Under the pieces are notes generated by a model, which saw only the letters and a list, made by a program, of their open reading frames with translations, was not told where the DNA came from and did no database searches. A DNA stretch of 36,078 nucleotides, from assembly GCA_913052275.1 (NCBI GenBank), contig CAJXDX010000003.1, positions 1 through 36,078 on the forward strand, given 5' to 3'. The position numbers were made by a program, and so were the translations under genes. Below are positions 8,269 through 18,991 of the stretch, piece after piece. This stretch comes from an uncultured Pseudomonadota bacterium (lineage in GTDB: Bacteria > SAR324 > NAC60-12). Every line of letters starts with the position of its first letter. The stretch's first letter is position 1.

Positions 8269-11200
8269 TCAGTTTTTGATTTGGTTATAAAGTTTTAGAG
8301 AATTGTAGCTGAGATTTTTTCCATAATCGGTTGCCGCTAATGATTTCGCAAAATACATTGTCCCCTCCACAGTAGTGAAATAAGGCAGGTTGTGAAGCAA
8401 AGCGACTCGCCTGATATGTGTTGCATCAACTATGCGTTTCCTCCTGCGGGTAGTGTTCACAATCAGAGATACCTCATTTCTTGCAAGCGATTCAAATATG
8501 TTGTCCGGAACATTCCGGTCCAGACTTGTTTTTTCAATTTTTGTGACACCGGCATTTTTTAATACTTTAAATGTTCCGTCAGTTGCCAGGATTTTCATTC
8601 CGGCCTTCTCAAATTCTTTTGCGGCTGGAATCATACCTTCTTTGTCCTGATCAGTAACACCCATGAACACATGCCCTTGTTTAATTTCTGCTTGATATGC
8701 AGCAAACTGAGATTTCATGAAAGCTTCTTCCAGGTTTTCACCGCATCCCATTACTTCGCCTGTTGATTTCATTTCAGGCCCAAGTTCTGTATCCGCACCA
8801 GAAAAACTTACAAAAGGAAAGACTGTTTCTTTTACAGATACCGTATTCGGTGTCTGATAGATAAATCCGATTTCACTCAATTGCTCTCCCAGCATTAACC
8901 AGGTGGCATATTTTGCCAGAGGATGGCTTATAGATTTACTGACAAACGGAATTGTCCTGGAGGCACGGGGATTGACTTCAATCAGAAAAATCTCATCATC
9001 TTGAACAGCGAACTGTATGTTGATTAAGCCTTTAACTTGAAGTTCTTCTGCCAGTACTTTCCCCTGTGCTTCTAATTTTTCCAGTGTATCAGAATGAAGA
9101 TTTTGCGGAGGTAAAATGCATGCACTGTCACCGGAGTGTATTCCTGCACGTTCCACATGTTCCATAATTCCTCCCAACTCAGATTGATTACCATCACTGA
9201 GCAAATCCATATCTATTTCAACTGCCCCTTTCAGAAACTGATCGATCAATACGGGATGCTCCTTCGAGACTTCCACTGCTTCCTTAAAGTATTCAGCAAG
9301 TTGTTCTTTTGATTCTGCAATCATCATAGCTTGTCCTCCCAGCACATAGGAGGGACGTACTAAAAGAGGATATCCAAGTTTTTCGGCAATTTTTTCTGCA
9401 TCATTTAGAGAACGGGCTGTACCATTTTGAGGTTGCCTGAGATTTAATTTTTTTAACATTGCGGCAAACTGTTCTCGATCTTCTGCACGGTCAATACTTT
9501 TGTATGGTGTTCCCAGGATTCTTACACCAGCTTCATGAAGCTGTTTAGCCAGTTTAAGAGGGGTTTGTCCGCCGAGCTGTACTATCACTCCAAGAGGGCA
9601 TTCTAAGTCGATTACATGCATAACATCTTCAAACGTTACGGGCTCAAAATACAGCCGATCTGAAGTATCATAGTCAGTACTAACTGTTTCTGGATTACAG
9701 TTGAGGATTATTGCTTCAAAACCACGTTCTCTTACAGCCCATGAGGCATGAACGCAACAATAATCAAATTCAATTCCCTGACCGATACGATTAGGGCCGG
9801 AGCCCAGAATTAGTACTTTTGCTGTTTCTGTAGGAATAGACTCATTCTCCTCATCGTAAGTTGAATAAAAATAAGGAGTTTCAGATTCAAATTCTGCGGC
9901 ACATGTATCAACCTGTTTGAACACAGGCAGTATATTCCACTCATAACGGAGGTTCTTGATATGGTTTTCGCTTACATTCAATAATTCCGAAATACGCATG
10001 TCAGAAAATCCAAGTCGTTTCCAATTTCTCAATTTAATTGGAGTTATTTCCGACAACTCACTTTTCATGATGACTTTTTCTTCTTCAATCAGGCTTCTGA
10101 TTTGCCGTAGAAACCAGAAATCTATTCCAGTTTGTTCATATAGAGCTTCATCGGACCATCCTCGCCTGACAGCGTCTGCAACATACCAAATACGTTTGCT
10201 GCTTACTGTTTGAAGTTCATGATCCAGGATTTCTTCCGGAGTTTTGTCAGCAGCAGAGTAATCAGGAGGGTTGAGTCCGGAATGTCCTGTTTCCAATGAT
10301 CTGAGAGCTTTTTGAAAAGATTCCCTGAATGTTCTTCCTATTGCCATGACTTCTCCTACTGATTGCATCTGTGTGCCAAGATGGTCATCAGTAAGAGGGA
10401 ATTTTTCAAAGGCAAACCTTGGTATTTTGGTTACTACATAATCAATGGATGGTTCAAAACAGGCAGGAATTTTTTTTGTGATATCATTAGGTATTTCGTC
10501 CAGCGTATAACCAACAGCTAACTTTGTGGCAATTTTTGCAATAGGGAATCCAGTAGCTTTGGAAGCAAGTGCGGAACTTCTTGAAACTCGTGGGTTCATT
10601 TCAATTACTAGAATTTTTCCATCATCTGGGTTAATGGCAAACTGAACATTTGAACCTCCAGTATCAACACCAATTTCCCGCATGATTTTGATCGACAAAT
10701 CCCTCATATTTTGATATTCAAAATCAGTCAGTGTCTGTGCGGGTGCAACAGTAATACTGTCGCCGGTGTGTATTCCCATAGGATCAAGATTTTCTATTGA
10801 ACATACGATGACTGTGTTATCTTTATGATCTCGCATCACTTCAAGTTCATATTCCTTCCAGCCTATAACGGACTGCTCAACCAATACTTCATTCGAAGGT
10901 GATAAGGCCAGTCCATGGGAAACAATTTGTTTTAATTCCTTTTCATTGTGAGCGATTCCTCCTCCGGCACCTCCAAGAGTGAAAGATGGCCTGATAATAT
11001 AAGGAAAAGGAGTTGTTTCGGTAAAAGCTAATGCTTCTTCTACTGAATGCACAATAATGCTTGATGGCATTTCAATGCCGATTTTTGCCATAGTGTTTCG
11101 GAAAAGCTCTCGGTTTTCTGCTTTATTTATTGCTTCAATTGAAGCACCGATCAGCTCTACACCATTACTTTTAAGCACACCTCTTTCGTTAAGTTTAATT

Positions 11201-11496
11201 GCCATATTGAGTGCTGTCTGTCCACCCATCGTTGGCAAAATAACCTCCGGCTTTTCCATACTGATGACAGATTCAAGAGTATTTATGGTGATTGGCTCTA
11301 TATAAGTTGCATCGACCAGTCCTGGGTCTGTCATAATGGTGGCAGGATTACTGTTGATCAAAACCACCCTGTACCCTTCTTCTTTGAGAGCTTTACAAGC
11401 CTGAGTTCCGCTGTAATCAAATTCACAGGCTTGACCAATCACAATTGGACCGGACCCGATGATAAGAACTGTCTGAAAATCAGTGCGTTTAGGCAT
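8269..11496 (-). CDS. carB: Carbamoyl-phosphate synthase large subunit
   Basis: [32 protein letters not shown], duplicated ATP-grasp halves ([19 protein letters not shown]), C-terminal MGS domain; 1075 aa. Confidence 0.98.
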   Translation of the reverse strand: MPKRTDFQTVLIIGSGPIVIGQACEFDYSGTQACKALKEEGYRVVLINSNPATIMTDPGLVDATYIEPITINTLESVISMEKPEVILPTMGGQTALNMAIKLNERGVLKSNGVELIGASIEAINKAENRELFRNTMAKIGIEMPSSIIVHSVEEALAFTETTPFPYIIRPSFTLGGAGGGIAHNEKELKQIVSHGLALSPSNEVLVEQSVIGWKEYELEVMRDHKDNTVIVCSIENLDPMGIHTGDSITVAPAQTLTDFEYQNMRDLSIKIMREIGVDTGGSNVQFAINPDDGKILVIEMNPRVSRSSALASKATGFPIAKIATKLAVGYTLDEIPNDITKKIPACFEPSIDYVVTKIPRFAFEKFPLTDDHLGTQMQSVGEVMAIGRTFRESFQKALRSLETGHSGLNPPDYSAADKTPEEILDHELQTVSSKRIWYVADAVRRGWSDEALYEQTGIDFWFLRQIRSLIEEEKVIMKSELSEITPIKLRNWKRLGFSDMRISELLNVSENHIKNLRYEWNILPVFKQVDTCAAEFESETPYFYSTYDEENESIPTETAKVLILGSGPNRIGQGIEFDYCCVHASWAVRERGFEAIILNCNPETVSTDYDTSDRLYFEPVTFEDVMHVIDLECPLGVIVQLGGQTPLKLAKQLHEAGVRILGTPYKSIDRAEDREQFAAMLKKLNLRQPQNGTARSLNDAEKIAEKLGYPLLVRPSYVLGGQAMMIAESKEQLAEYFKEAVEVSKEHPVLIDQFLKGAVEIDMDLLSDGNQSELGGIMEHVERAGIHSGDSACILPPQNLHSDTLEKLEAQGKVLAEELQVKGLINIQFAVQDDEIFLIEVNPRASRTIPFVSKSISHPLAKYATWLMLGEQLSEIGFIYQTPNTVSVKETVFPFVSFSGADTELGPEMKSTGEVMGCGENLEEAFMKSQFAAYQAEIKQGHVFMGVTDQDKEGMIPAAKEFEKAGMKILATDGTFKVLKNAGVTKIEKTSLDRNVPDNIFESLARNEVSLIVNTTRRRKRIVDATHIRRVALLHNLPYFTTVEGTMYFAKSLAATDYGKNLSYNSLKLYNQIKN

Positions 11497-11517
11497 AACT
11501 TTATTATCGTGTGATTA

Positions 11518-12267
11518 TCAGATTCGATTTGAGTATTTGTAAGACAGGAGCCCTAAATATTCATGCACAATGGTCTGGAGGCGATTAAAATTTGCCCAGT
11601 CAAAGTAACGCCACCAGGGGATTGTTGTTTTTAGATAAGACTGGTTTGCTGCATATGCATAGGCCTCAATACCCAGTTTTTTAAAAACAGAAACAAGGCG
11701 CAACAAATGATAATCATGTGATACAAGAAGCACAGTTTTCAATTTTAAACGCTCAAGTATTTTGGCGGTCTCTATTCCATTCTTGTATGTGTCTGCAGAG
11801 CGATTTTCGATGATAATGTCATGTGAAGGTACTCCCATGCCTTGTAGAATGATGGCAATACCTTTGATGTTTACCGGGTGAAGATATGGTTCAGTAACAC
11901 CGCCGGTTATAATTACAATCGGAGCCAGTCCTTCTAAATATAATTTTGCAGCCGCATGTGCTCTCAGGGTTGAACCTGGTGTTGGAGCACCTGACTTGTG
12001 TACACCAGCAGAAGCTACAACAATCGCATCACTTGGATGTTTTGTACTTTCTGGAGTCAAATATTTTAATGGATATGAAACGAGCTGGAAAAACAGTGTG
12101 TTGCTGCCAAGCATAAGAACAACCCAACTTCCTAAAAGTGTTCTGAATGAAATTTTTGAGTTTTTCCTTTGCTTGAACATCAACAGGAGGGTGCATGTCA
12201 ATAACGTTAAAAGAAACAATGGTCCAAATACAATGTCTTCAAGTATGAATTTTAATGGGCGTTCCAT
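11518..12267 (-). CDS. YdcF/ElyC/SanA (DUF218) family membrane protein
   Basis: Two N-terminal TMs, DAIVV, IIITGG, IIIENRSADTYKN, LLVSHDYHLLR, HEYLGLLSY. Confidence 0.85.
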   Translation of the reverse strand: MERPLKFILEDIVFGPLFLLTLLTCTLLLMFKQRKNSKISFRTLLGSWVVLMLGSNTLFFQLVSYPLKYLTPESTKHPSDAIVVASAGVHKSGAPTPGSTLRAHAAAKLYLEGLAPIVIITGGVTEPYLHPVNIKGIAIILQGMGVPSHDIIIENRSADTYKNGIETAKILERLKLKTVLLVSHDYHLLRLVSVFKKLGIEAYAYAANQSYLKTTIPWWRYFDWANFNRLQTIVHEYLGLLSYKYSNRI

Positions 12268-12829
12268 TGTATGTTCTGTATCGGCAGGTTGCTAAAGTAT
12301 TTTTTAGCTTTTAACTGTTTATAAATTCTCATATCAGTTAAACATAGAAAAATTAAATCTTAAAATTACAGTCATTCCAGACTGAGAAAACAATTTTTTG
12401 CATTATAATCGGGAATTTTCTGTGATTTTTCGGTTAAAATCAAACTGCATCGTTTCACCTACTCATTAAAGCACTTTAAGATTAGAATCATTGGATGAAC
12501 TAATTTCTTAAGTGTTCTTTTATTTTTCTATTTCAGTTTCGCAATTTCTTAACTATTTAAAGGATTTTTTTATGCTCCTTTACAGCATGGCACATAGTTT
12601 TTGCTATCTTTACTGTGATTCGGTCCAATTTAAAAATTAATTTATAAGGACAAATGATGTTAAAGCAAACCCAATAATTATTTTTATTCATTTATTAGTC
12701 TACAGTAGTTCTTTACAAAGAAAATGTTCATCTTGAACGTTGAAGGTCTTTTCCTTAGTATAAATTAGTTTTTTCCCTGTTTCCCTCAATTTTCCCCCTG
12801 TAAAAAATGTACTTTCTGTTTGCCGTTTT

Positions 12830-13345
12830 ATGCTGAAACTTTTTATCGCAGTTGTCGCTGTGGCCCTGATATACTGGATTTGGACAAAAAAAAATCAAAT
12901 TTTGCCAAAAAGAAACGATGAATCAGAACCCTTCATCACAACAATTGAGGCAATTGAACTGAAAACGTTTTTAGATTGGGACACACCAGTGTCTTGCCTT
13001 GAAAGTGATGGAACACGTTATGGCCGGCAATTTAAGCAAAAAACGCCTCCTGAATTACCACATGAGCAAGGTTGCAGATGTGAAACCACAAAGTTATTTT
13101 ATACCTCTGAGGATGTTTTTCAAGGAACTTCACCTGTTACAAAACACAAGTCAGCATTGGGGGATCTTTGTTCAAAAGACGCTTTGTTGCTTAAAAACAT
13201 ATTGCTGGAAATTAAGAAAGAATCTTCGAATGGGAGTTTCGCGGAATTGATGGATAAATTTGAGGTAAATGACTTTTCTGATGAGATACGTACCAAGGCA
13301 ATTTCGCTGGCAGAACAAGCATACCAGCAATCGCAAAGTAAGTGA
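12830..13345 (+). CDS. Membrane-anchored hypothetical protein with a C-x(21)-H-x3-CRC putative metal-binding motif
   Basis: N-terminal TM; DWDTPVSCLESDG...PELPHEQGCRC; helical C-terminus; 171 aa. Confidence 0.75.
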   Translation: MLKLFIAVVAVALIYWIWTKKNQILPKRNDESEPFITTIEAIELKTFLDWDTPVSCLESDGTRYGRQFKQKTPPELPHEQGCRCETTKLFYTSEDVFQGTSPVTKHKSALGDLCSKDALLLKNILLEIKKESSNGSFAELMDKFEVNDFSDEIRTKAISLAEQAYQQSQSK

Positions 13346-13443
13346 TAATTTTTTTGTCCATCAAATAAATTCATCAGAAAGTGGAAATATTCTTTTGCAG
13401 AATTTTGGTTAATGTGACCTGAATCTATCGGGAAAAGAAAGTA

Positions 13444-15828
13444 ATGAAAATACTGGCAGGGTTTTTCAAAGCGATATTCTGGATACTGGTAATAACTGGA
13501 GTTGTTTCCGGAACAGCTCTTGGAGTTTATCTGTATGAACTGAGTAAAACGTTGCCTCAAAATCTTGAAGATGAGCTCCACAAACGTAATGACGTTTTAC
13601 CTACTGTTCTGTATGATCGCGAAGGAAATCAAATTTATGAACTGTTTATTCAACGAAGAATTGTAATTCCGTATGAACAGTTCCCGCCTCATCTGGTGCA
13701 TGCTTTAATTTCCAGTGAAGATGCACGATTTTTCTCTCACCTCGGAATTGATCCGCTGAGAATACCCAAAGCATTTATGGCAAATCTGAGGGCAGGAAGA
13801 ATAGTTCAAGGTGCAAGCACACTCACTCAGCAAACAGCAAGGCTGTTTTTGTTGAGCAGGGAAAAACAGATTGTTAGAAAGCTTAAAGAAATGCTTCTTG
13901 CTTTTCGTATGGAAATGCAGTTTTCCAAGCAGGATATACTTTCGCTTTATCTAAACAAAGTATTTTTGGGAAATGGTGAAGGTGTTGAGGCTGCGGCTCA
14001 GGGTTATTTTGGAAAACATGCCTCGGAGCTGAATCTTGCAGAAAGTGCTCTTTTAGTCGGTATACTTCCGGCGCCATCACGTTACGCTCCTCATATTAAT
14101 CCTGAATTTGCCAAGCAAAGACGGAATGTTGTTTTACGAAGAATGAGAGAAGAAGGTTTTATATCGGAGCAGGAATTACAGGATACAATTGTCAAGCCAA
14201 TCAGCCTTATTCGTGTCCATGATTCAACCACCGAAGCCACATCATATTATGTGGAACATGTACGTCGTTACCTGATAAAGAAATATGGTTCGAAAGTTCT
14301 ATATCAGGGTGGCTTGAAAGTTTATTTGGCAATGGACCTGAATTTTCAGACAAATGCCCATGAAGCACTGAGAAAAGGAATTTTGGAGTTAACAAAACGT
14401 CAGGGTTACCGGGGTGCACAAAATCAGGATATTCCTGATAACAACAGTTTGATGAAAGAAACAGTTGATGAAAATTTATTACAGTTTGATTCAATGTTTC
14501 TGGAGAACATTGTTTCTGGTGTTGTAAATGAAGTCAGTGATGAAAAAGTGACAGTGAAACTGGGGGATTCTGTCGGAATACTTGAATGGAGCAATATAAG
14601 TACCTGGAAAAATGGTGAGCTAATAAAAAATGAAAGACCTACACCCATTACCAATCCGTCAGAAATATTTGCCAAAGGCGATAAAATTCTAGTAAGGCTG
14701 GAAGATTTTGATGCAAAAAGAAATTACTTTCGTCTGCAGCTATATCAGGAGCCTTTAGTTAATGGAGCTTTGCTTGCTATGGATCCAAAGACAGGTGAGG
14801 TATTTTCAATGTCAGGCGGTTATCGTTTTGGAGAAAGTGAGTTCAACAGAGCAATACAGGCTCGAAGACAACCAGGGTCATCGTTCAAACCAATAGTCTA
14901 CTCAGCTGCCCTTGATGCAGGATTTACACTCAGCAGTGAGTTAATAGACAGCCCTAGAGCTTATGCTACTGGCACACAGACTGCAGGAGATGCAGAAATA
15001 TGGACACCAAAAAATTATGGAGACAAGGTAATTGGAAAAGTGACCTTTCGTACGGCACTCGTTAAAAGTTTAAACCTGCCTACAATTGGGCTTTGTGAAG
15101 AGTTAAAACCGGAGCAGGTTATATCATACAGCAGACGATTTGGAATCTCAGCTGAGATGATGCAAAATTTAACAACTTGTCTTGGATCGTTGTCTGTCAC
15201 ATTGCAGGAAATGTTAAGCGCATACGGAGTATTTGCAAACCAGGGACGTTTAGTTAAACCAATCTACGTTTTGAAAGTTGAAGATCAAGATGGAAATATT
15301 TTGGAATCAAGTGTTCCGGAGTTACAGCAAGTTACGTCAGAAGAAACAGCATTTCTTATGAGCAATTTATTACAAGATGTAGTTCAGCGTGGAACAGGAC
15401 GGCGGGCACGGGCAATTGGACGACCCTCAGCAGGTAAAACCGGGACTACCAATGACAGCGTAGATGCATGGTACATAGGTTATATACCGCAATTGCTAAC
15501 TGGTGTTTACGTTGGCTTTGACCAACCAAGAAATATGGGGAAATCAGAAACTGGCTCAAGAGCTGCAGCTCCGATCTGGATCAGCTTCATGAAAAATGCT
15601 GTTGCAAATTTACCAACGGAACAGTTTCCGCAACCACCCGGAATCACAACAATAAAAATTCACAAGTCCGGAAGAAGGGCTACTGCTTGTGACAATAATG
15701 ATGATATTTTTGAAGAACATTACAAATCCGGAACAGAACCTGTTTTGGATCTATCAGTTTCCGGAAATTGCATGATGGCTGTAAAGTCAGCCGAGGAGGT
15801 AAAAGAGGAAAGTGAAACTGAGCTATGA
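13444..15828 (+). CDS. mrcA: Penicillin-binding protein 1A (bifunctional transglycosylase/transpeptidase)
   Basis: Transglycosylase motifs EDARF, GASTLTQQ, RKLKE; OB-like insert; transpeptidase motifs SSFK, SLN, KTGT. Confidence 0.95.
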   Translation: MKILAGFFKAIFWILVITGVVSGTALGVYLYELSKTLPQNLEDELHKRNDVLPTVLYDREGNQIYELFIQRRIVIPYEQFPPHLVHALISSEDARFFSHLGIDPLRIPKAFMANLRAGRIVQGASTLTQQTARLFLLSREKQIVRKLKEMLLAFRMEMQFSKQDILSLYLNKVFLGNGEGVEAAAQGYFGKHASELNLAESALLVGILPAPSRYAPHINPEFAKQRRNVVLRRMREEGFISEQELQDTIVKPISLIRVHDSTTEATSYYVEHVRRYLIKKYGSKVLYQGGLKVYLAMDLNFQTNAHEALRKGILELTKRQGYRGAQNQDIPDNNSLMKETVDENLLQFDSMFLENIVSGVVNEVSDEKVTVKLGDSVGILEWSNISTWKNGELIKNERPTPITNPSEIFAKGDKILVRLEDFDAKRNYFRLQLYQEPLVNGALLAMDPKTGEVFSMSGGYRFGESEFNRAIQARRQPGSSFKPIVYSAALDAGFTLSSELIDSPRAYATGTQTAGDAEIWTPKNYGDKVIGKVTFRTALVKSLNLPTIGLCEELKPEQVISYSRRFGISAEMMQNLTTCLGSLSVTLQEMLSAYGVFANQGRLVKPIYVLKVEDQDGNILESSVPELQQVTSEETAFLMSNLLQDVVQRGTGRRARAIGRPSAGKTGTTNDSVDAWYIGYIPQLLTGVYVGFDQPRNMGKSETGSRAAAPIWISFMKNAVANLPTEQFPQPPGITTIKIHKSGRRATACDNNDDIFEEHYKSGTEPVLDLSVSGNCMMAVKSAEEVKEESETEL

Positions 15829-15852
15829 AGTTAAGTTTAGATGAACTCATGC

Positions 15853-15897
15853 TGCAAGGTTCAAGGCAGAATTAATGTTAAAACCTTGAACCCTGCA
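15853..15897. terminator. Hairpin between convergent mrcA and hup (probable terminator)
   Basis: TGCAAGGTTCAAGG (15853-15866) and CCTTGAACCCTGCA (15884-15897) form a 14-bp stem with one mismatch. Confidence 0.65.
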
Positions 15898-15907
15898 AAT
15901 CTCCTTT

Positions 15908-16183
15908 TTAGTTTAAAGCTTTTTTCAATGCGCTGCCTGCTTTGAATTTAGCACTTTTCGATGCAGGAATGTTGATAACTTGAGATGGGTTTTGGGGATT
16001 ACGTCCTGTACGTGCAGCACGGTTAGAAACTGAGAATGTGCCAAAACCAATCAATGTGAGAGAATCACCCCTTTTAAGAGCTTTTTCAACATTGGATGTG
16101 AATGATTTTAAAAAACGGTCTGCATCAGCCTTTGTCAGGCCGGTATCTGCTGCGAGAGCATCAATAAGGTCAGCTTTTGTCAT
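15908..16183 (-). CDS. hup: DNA-binding protein HU
   Basis: MTKADLID..LIGFGTFSV..RAARTGRNPQ..INIPAS..KFKAGSALK. Confidence 0.96.
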   Translation of the reverse strand: MTKADLIDALAADTGLTKADADRFLKSFTSNVEKALKRGDSLTLIGFGTFSVSNRAARTGRNPQNPSQVINIPASKSAKFKAGSALKKALN

Positions 16184-16329
16184 TGTATTTTCCCTATTTA
16201 AAGATTAGCAAACAGATAGTTTGTCCGGTAAGACATAACTATCAGCAAAATTTCGAACTCTGAGATGCTGAGTGCAACTCAGTTACTATCAATGATTTGC
16301 CAACAAAATTTATCATCGACGCTACAAGA

Positions 16330-16356
16330 ATTATAATCATTTGAAAAATTTGTCAA
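16330..16356 (-). promoter_or_regulatory. Sigma70-type promoter candidate for hup
   Basis: Minus-strand TTGACA (16356-16351) and TATAAT (16335-16330), though the spacer is only 15 nt. Confidence 0.4.
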
Positions 16357-16374
16357 GGTACTAAAAGAAAAAAA

Positions 16375-17619
16375 ATGAATTTTTTTCAATATATAAGAAA
16401 TATAGTAGGTTTTCGAAGTCATCCAGCAGTTTTGGCTAATTCTTCAGGAAATCTCAGCATTTTGGAAAAACTGCTTTTTTTTCATGATCAAGGAATTTTT
16501 TCATTGCTGTTTGTTGGCTCCTTGTTGCTGCATGTAATGCTGGTGATAATGGTTGGCATTCTCTCTGAGTTTTTGAAGCCTGAACCGCCTCCTATTCGAG
16601 CAAAAATTGGTGTACGCTATGCCGAGCTGCCAGCTAAGCCCACTCCAGTTATTAATGCTAAAACTGAGATTCAGAAGCCGGTATTGCAAAAACTTGAGTC
16701 CAAACCCCTTGAAAAGTTGATAACACCTGAACCAAAACAACCAGTGCTGAAAAAACCAATCCTTCAAGATACAATTAAAAATTCAGTACTTTCAAAACCA
16801 GCTTTGCCTCAGCCGGAAGCACCACGCCTGAAAATGCCTCAACCAAATAAGATCCCTTTGTTGAGCGAAGGGAAGAAACCTGATTTTAAAAAAACACAAA
16901 TTATAAAGATTCCTGAGAAACCACTATTGTCTACTCCTGATTTACCAACCTCGATACCGAAACTACCGAAAGTTAAAAATGACCCAGTGTCACTAACTCC
17001 TTTGACTTCAAAGAAATCCAGGCTTTCACCTAGCCAGATTGATTTACCGAAGATCGAAGTGAAAAATATGCTGCCAAAAAAATTAAGCACTCCAGAATTT
17101 TCCAAGCCCAAAGATCCTGATTTTGAGAAGTTGCTAAAAATTTTAACTCCCTCATCATCCGAGGTGCCTGGAATTAAACCGGATCAACCTGCAGAGAAGC
17201 CTGAATCTTTGTTGGAGGAAATGCCTGCGGATCAAATGAAAATTGATGATGACCTTCCAGAAATAGGAATTTTTGAGCAGACTGAAGATCAGGAATTAAA
17301 TCAAATCCCCAATATGAGTTATTTGCAGCGAAAAAAGTTAGCTCAACTTGCCGGAGAGGAATATAATCTGCACATCAGAACACGTATTAATCCGAAATTT
17401 GGCAGCAATTCACCAAATTTGTTTGTCAGAATCCTGCTCAAAATTAATGAGGCAGGTGAAATAGTTTACCATGAAATAAAAGACTCCAGTGGATCTACCG
17501 CATTTGATAAGGCTGCTGAACTGGCTGTGCGCAATGCAGTCCTCGATCCCCTACCAAAAGCATTGGCTGAGAATCCCCCTTATATTGTTTTGATCAGGAT
17601 TCAGTCTCCGCAAAATTGA
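16375..17619 (+). CDS. tolA: TolA/TonB-family energy transducer (Pro/Lys-rich linker, TonB-C-like domain)
   Basis: TM with S-x3-H motif (SLLLHV), long Pro/Lys-rich region, C-terminal INEAGEI...SSGSTAFDKAAELAV...LDPLP; directly upstream of tolB. Confidence 0.8.
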   Translation: MNFFQYIRNIVGFRSHPAVLANSSGNLSILEKLLFFHDQGIFSLLFVGSLLLHVMLVIMVGILSEFLKPEPPPIRAKIGVRYAELPAKPTPVINAKTEIQKPVLQKLESKPLEKLITPEPKQPVLKKPILQDTIKNSVLSKPALPQPEAPRLKMPQPNKIPLLSEGKKPDFKKTQIIKIPEKPLLSTPDLPTSIPKLPKVKNDPVSLTPLTSKKSRLSPSQIDLPKIEVKNMLPKKLSTPEFSKPKDPDFEKLLKILTPSSSEVPGIKPDQPAEKPESLLEEMPADQMKIDDDLPEIGIFEQTEDQELNQIPNMSYLQRKKLAQLAGEEYNLHIRTRINPKFGSNSPNLFVRILLKINEAGEIVYHEIKDSSGSTAFDKAAELAVRNAVLDPLPKALAENPPYIVLIRIQSPQN

Positions 17620-17641
17620 GTTGAGGATGCTAAATTAGCAC

Positions 17642-18991
17642 ATGCCTTTTTTTATAAAATTGTTTGTAGTTCGATCGCTTCGTTTTTTCTTACCTGTATT
17701 CATATTTTTTGTCTCTTCTGATACAAGAGCGCAAACATACTCCAGTGAGGAAATAGTTATAAGTGGATTGGGTTTCGCGAGATTTAGTGTAAGTTTGATT
17801 GCCGAAGACAGCTTCTCTGAACACCCAGCGGCAAGTCGATGGCTAAGAATTTTTGATCGAAACCTTTGTTGGAGTGGTGTTTTCATGGTGACTGATTCAA
17901 GATACCGGAGTTGTCGAACAACAGGCGGGGCTGATGTGGATATGAAAATTATCCTTAAGATTAATCAAAGTAAAACAAACTCAGGCAAATTAATCTCAAA
18001 ACAGCTGATGTTGATAGTTGCTGATAACAACGGAGTTCCGCTGTTTCCTCTTGCACTGAGCCTGCGTAAAGGCCGTTTCCGTGAATCAGACTTGATGGAG
18101 TTAATTAACGATTTGTCTGCTCAGCTGACCGGACTAGAAGGAGTTATGGGCAGTACAATCGCTTTTACACTTAAACAACCCAAGCGTCGGAAAATTATTG
18201 CAAGAGTTAATACCCATGGAAAGAAACTTGCCGCAATATCCCGTAATCCTAATATCAGTTTACTGCCTAAATGGAATCCTCAAGGTGATGCGATAGTCTA
18301 CACTACATTAAGCCGAAGAGGGACATCTATCATTTACGATGATCTTAATCTAAAGAAACAACCTGTAGTATTGCTAACTTCAAACAACTCAGGAGCTCGT
18401 GTTTCAAGTAATTTTCTAAGTGTAAGCGGGGGTTCATGGTATTCCAGTGGCCAAAAGCTGATTGTGACGCTCAGTCGGAAAGGCAACACCGATTTGTATA
18501 TCTTTGACAGACATAATAGAAAGGAATACCGGCTGACATCTCACAAGGCTATTGACACAGTTCCAGATTTATCACCTGACAATCAGAATTTGATTTTTGT
18601 TTCTGACCGCTCAGGTAATGAACAAATATATTTTTTAAAGCTGGGCACAAAAATCCCCTTCCAGCTTACATTTGGAAGAGGCAGCAACAGTGATCCTGTC
18701 TGGTCTCCAGACGGGACCCTGATAGCTTATTCCAGATTCAGATATGGTATTAGTCAAATACATTTGATGGATCCGTTTACTGGTGAAGATCATGCTTTAA
18801 CTCGTGGGCGCTATAATTCCGAACAACCTGCATGGTCTCCTGATGGACGTCAAATCGTTTATGTTTCTTCTCCAACAGGAATTAATAAATTATATGTAAT
18901 GTTTGTTGATGGAACTGGACGCAGGCGTTTGACACGTACACCAAAAGATTTTGAAGAAGGTTCCCCCAGCTGGACACCTAGAAAGTTTTAA
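17642..18991 (+). CDS. tolB: TolB periplasmic beta-propeller protein
   Basis: Signal peptide, repeated PD40 motifs (PKWNPQG, PDLSPDN..FVSDRSG, PVWSPDG, PAWSPDGRQIVY, PSWTP). Confidence 0.88.
   Translation: MPFFIKLFVVRSLRFFLPVFIFFVSSDTRAQTYSSEEIVISGLGFARFSVSLIAEDSFSEHPAASRWLRIFDRNLCWSGVFMVTDSRYRSCRTTGGADVDMKIILKINQSKTNSGKLISKQLMLIVADNNGVPLFPLALSLRKGRFRESDLMELINDLSAQLTGLEGVMGSTIAFTLKQPKRRKIIARVNTHGKKLAAISRNPNISLLPKWNPQGDAIVYTTLSRRGTSIIYDDLNLKKQPVVLLTSNNSGARVSSNFLSVSGGSWYSSGQKLIVTLSRKGNTDLYIFDRHNRKEYRLTSHKAIDTVPDLSPDNQNLIFVSDRSGNEQIYFLKLGTKIPFQLTFGRGSNSDPVWSPDGTLIAYSRFRYGISQIHLMDPFTGEDHALTRGRYNSEQPAWSPDGRQIVYVSSPTGINKLYVMFVDGTGRRRLTRTPKDFEEGSPSWTPRKF

Noticed and set aside
12588-12605. Functional sigma54 promoter
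   Set aside because: GG-to-GC spacing is 12 nt rather than the required 10; kept only as a possible fossil.
16375-17619. Calling the Pro-rich protein TonB of an iron-uptake system
   Set aside because: It directly precedes tolB and no TonB-dependent receptor is present; TolA is the better fit.
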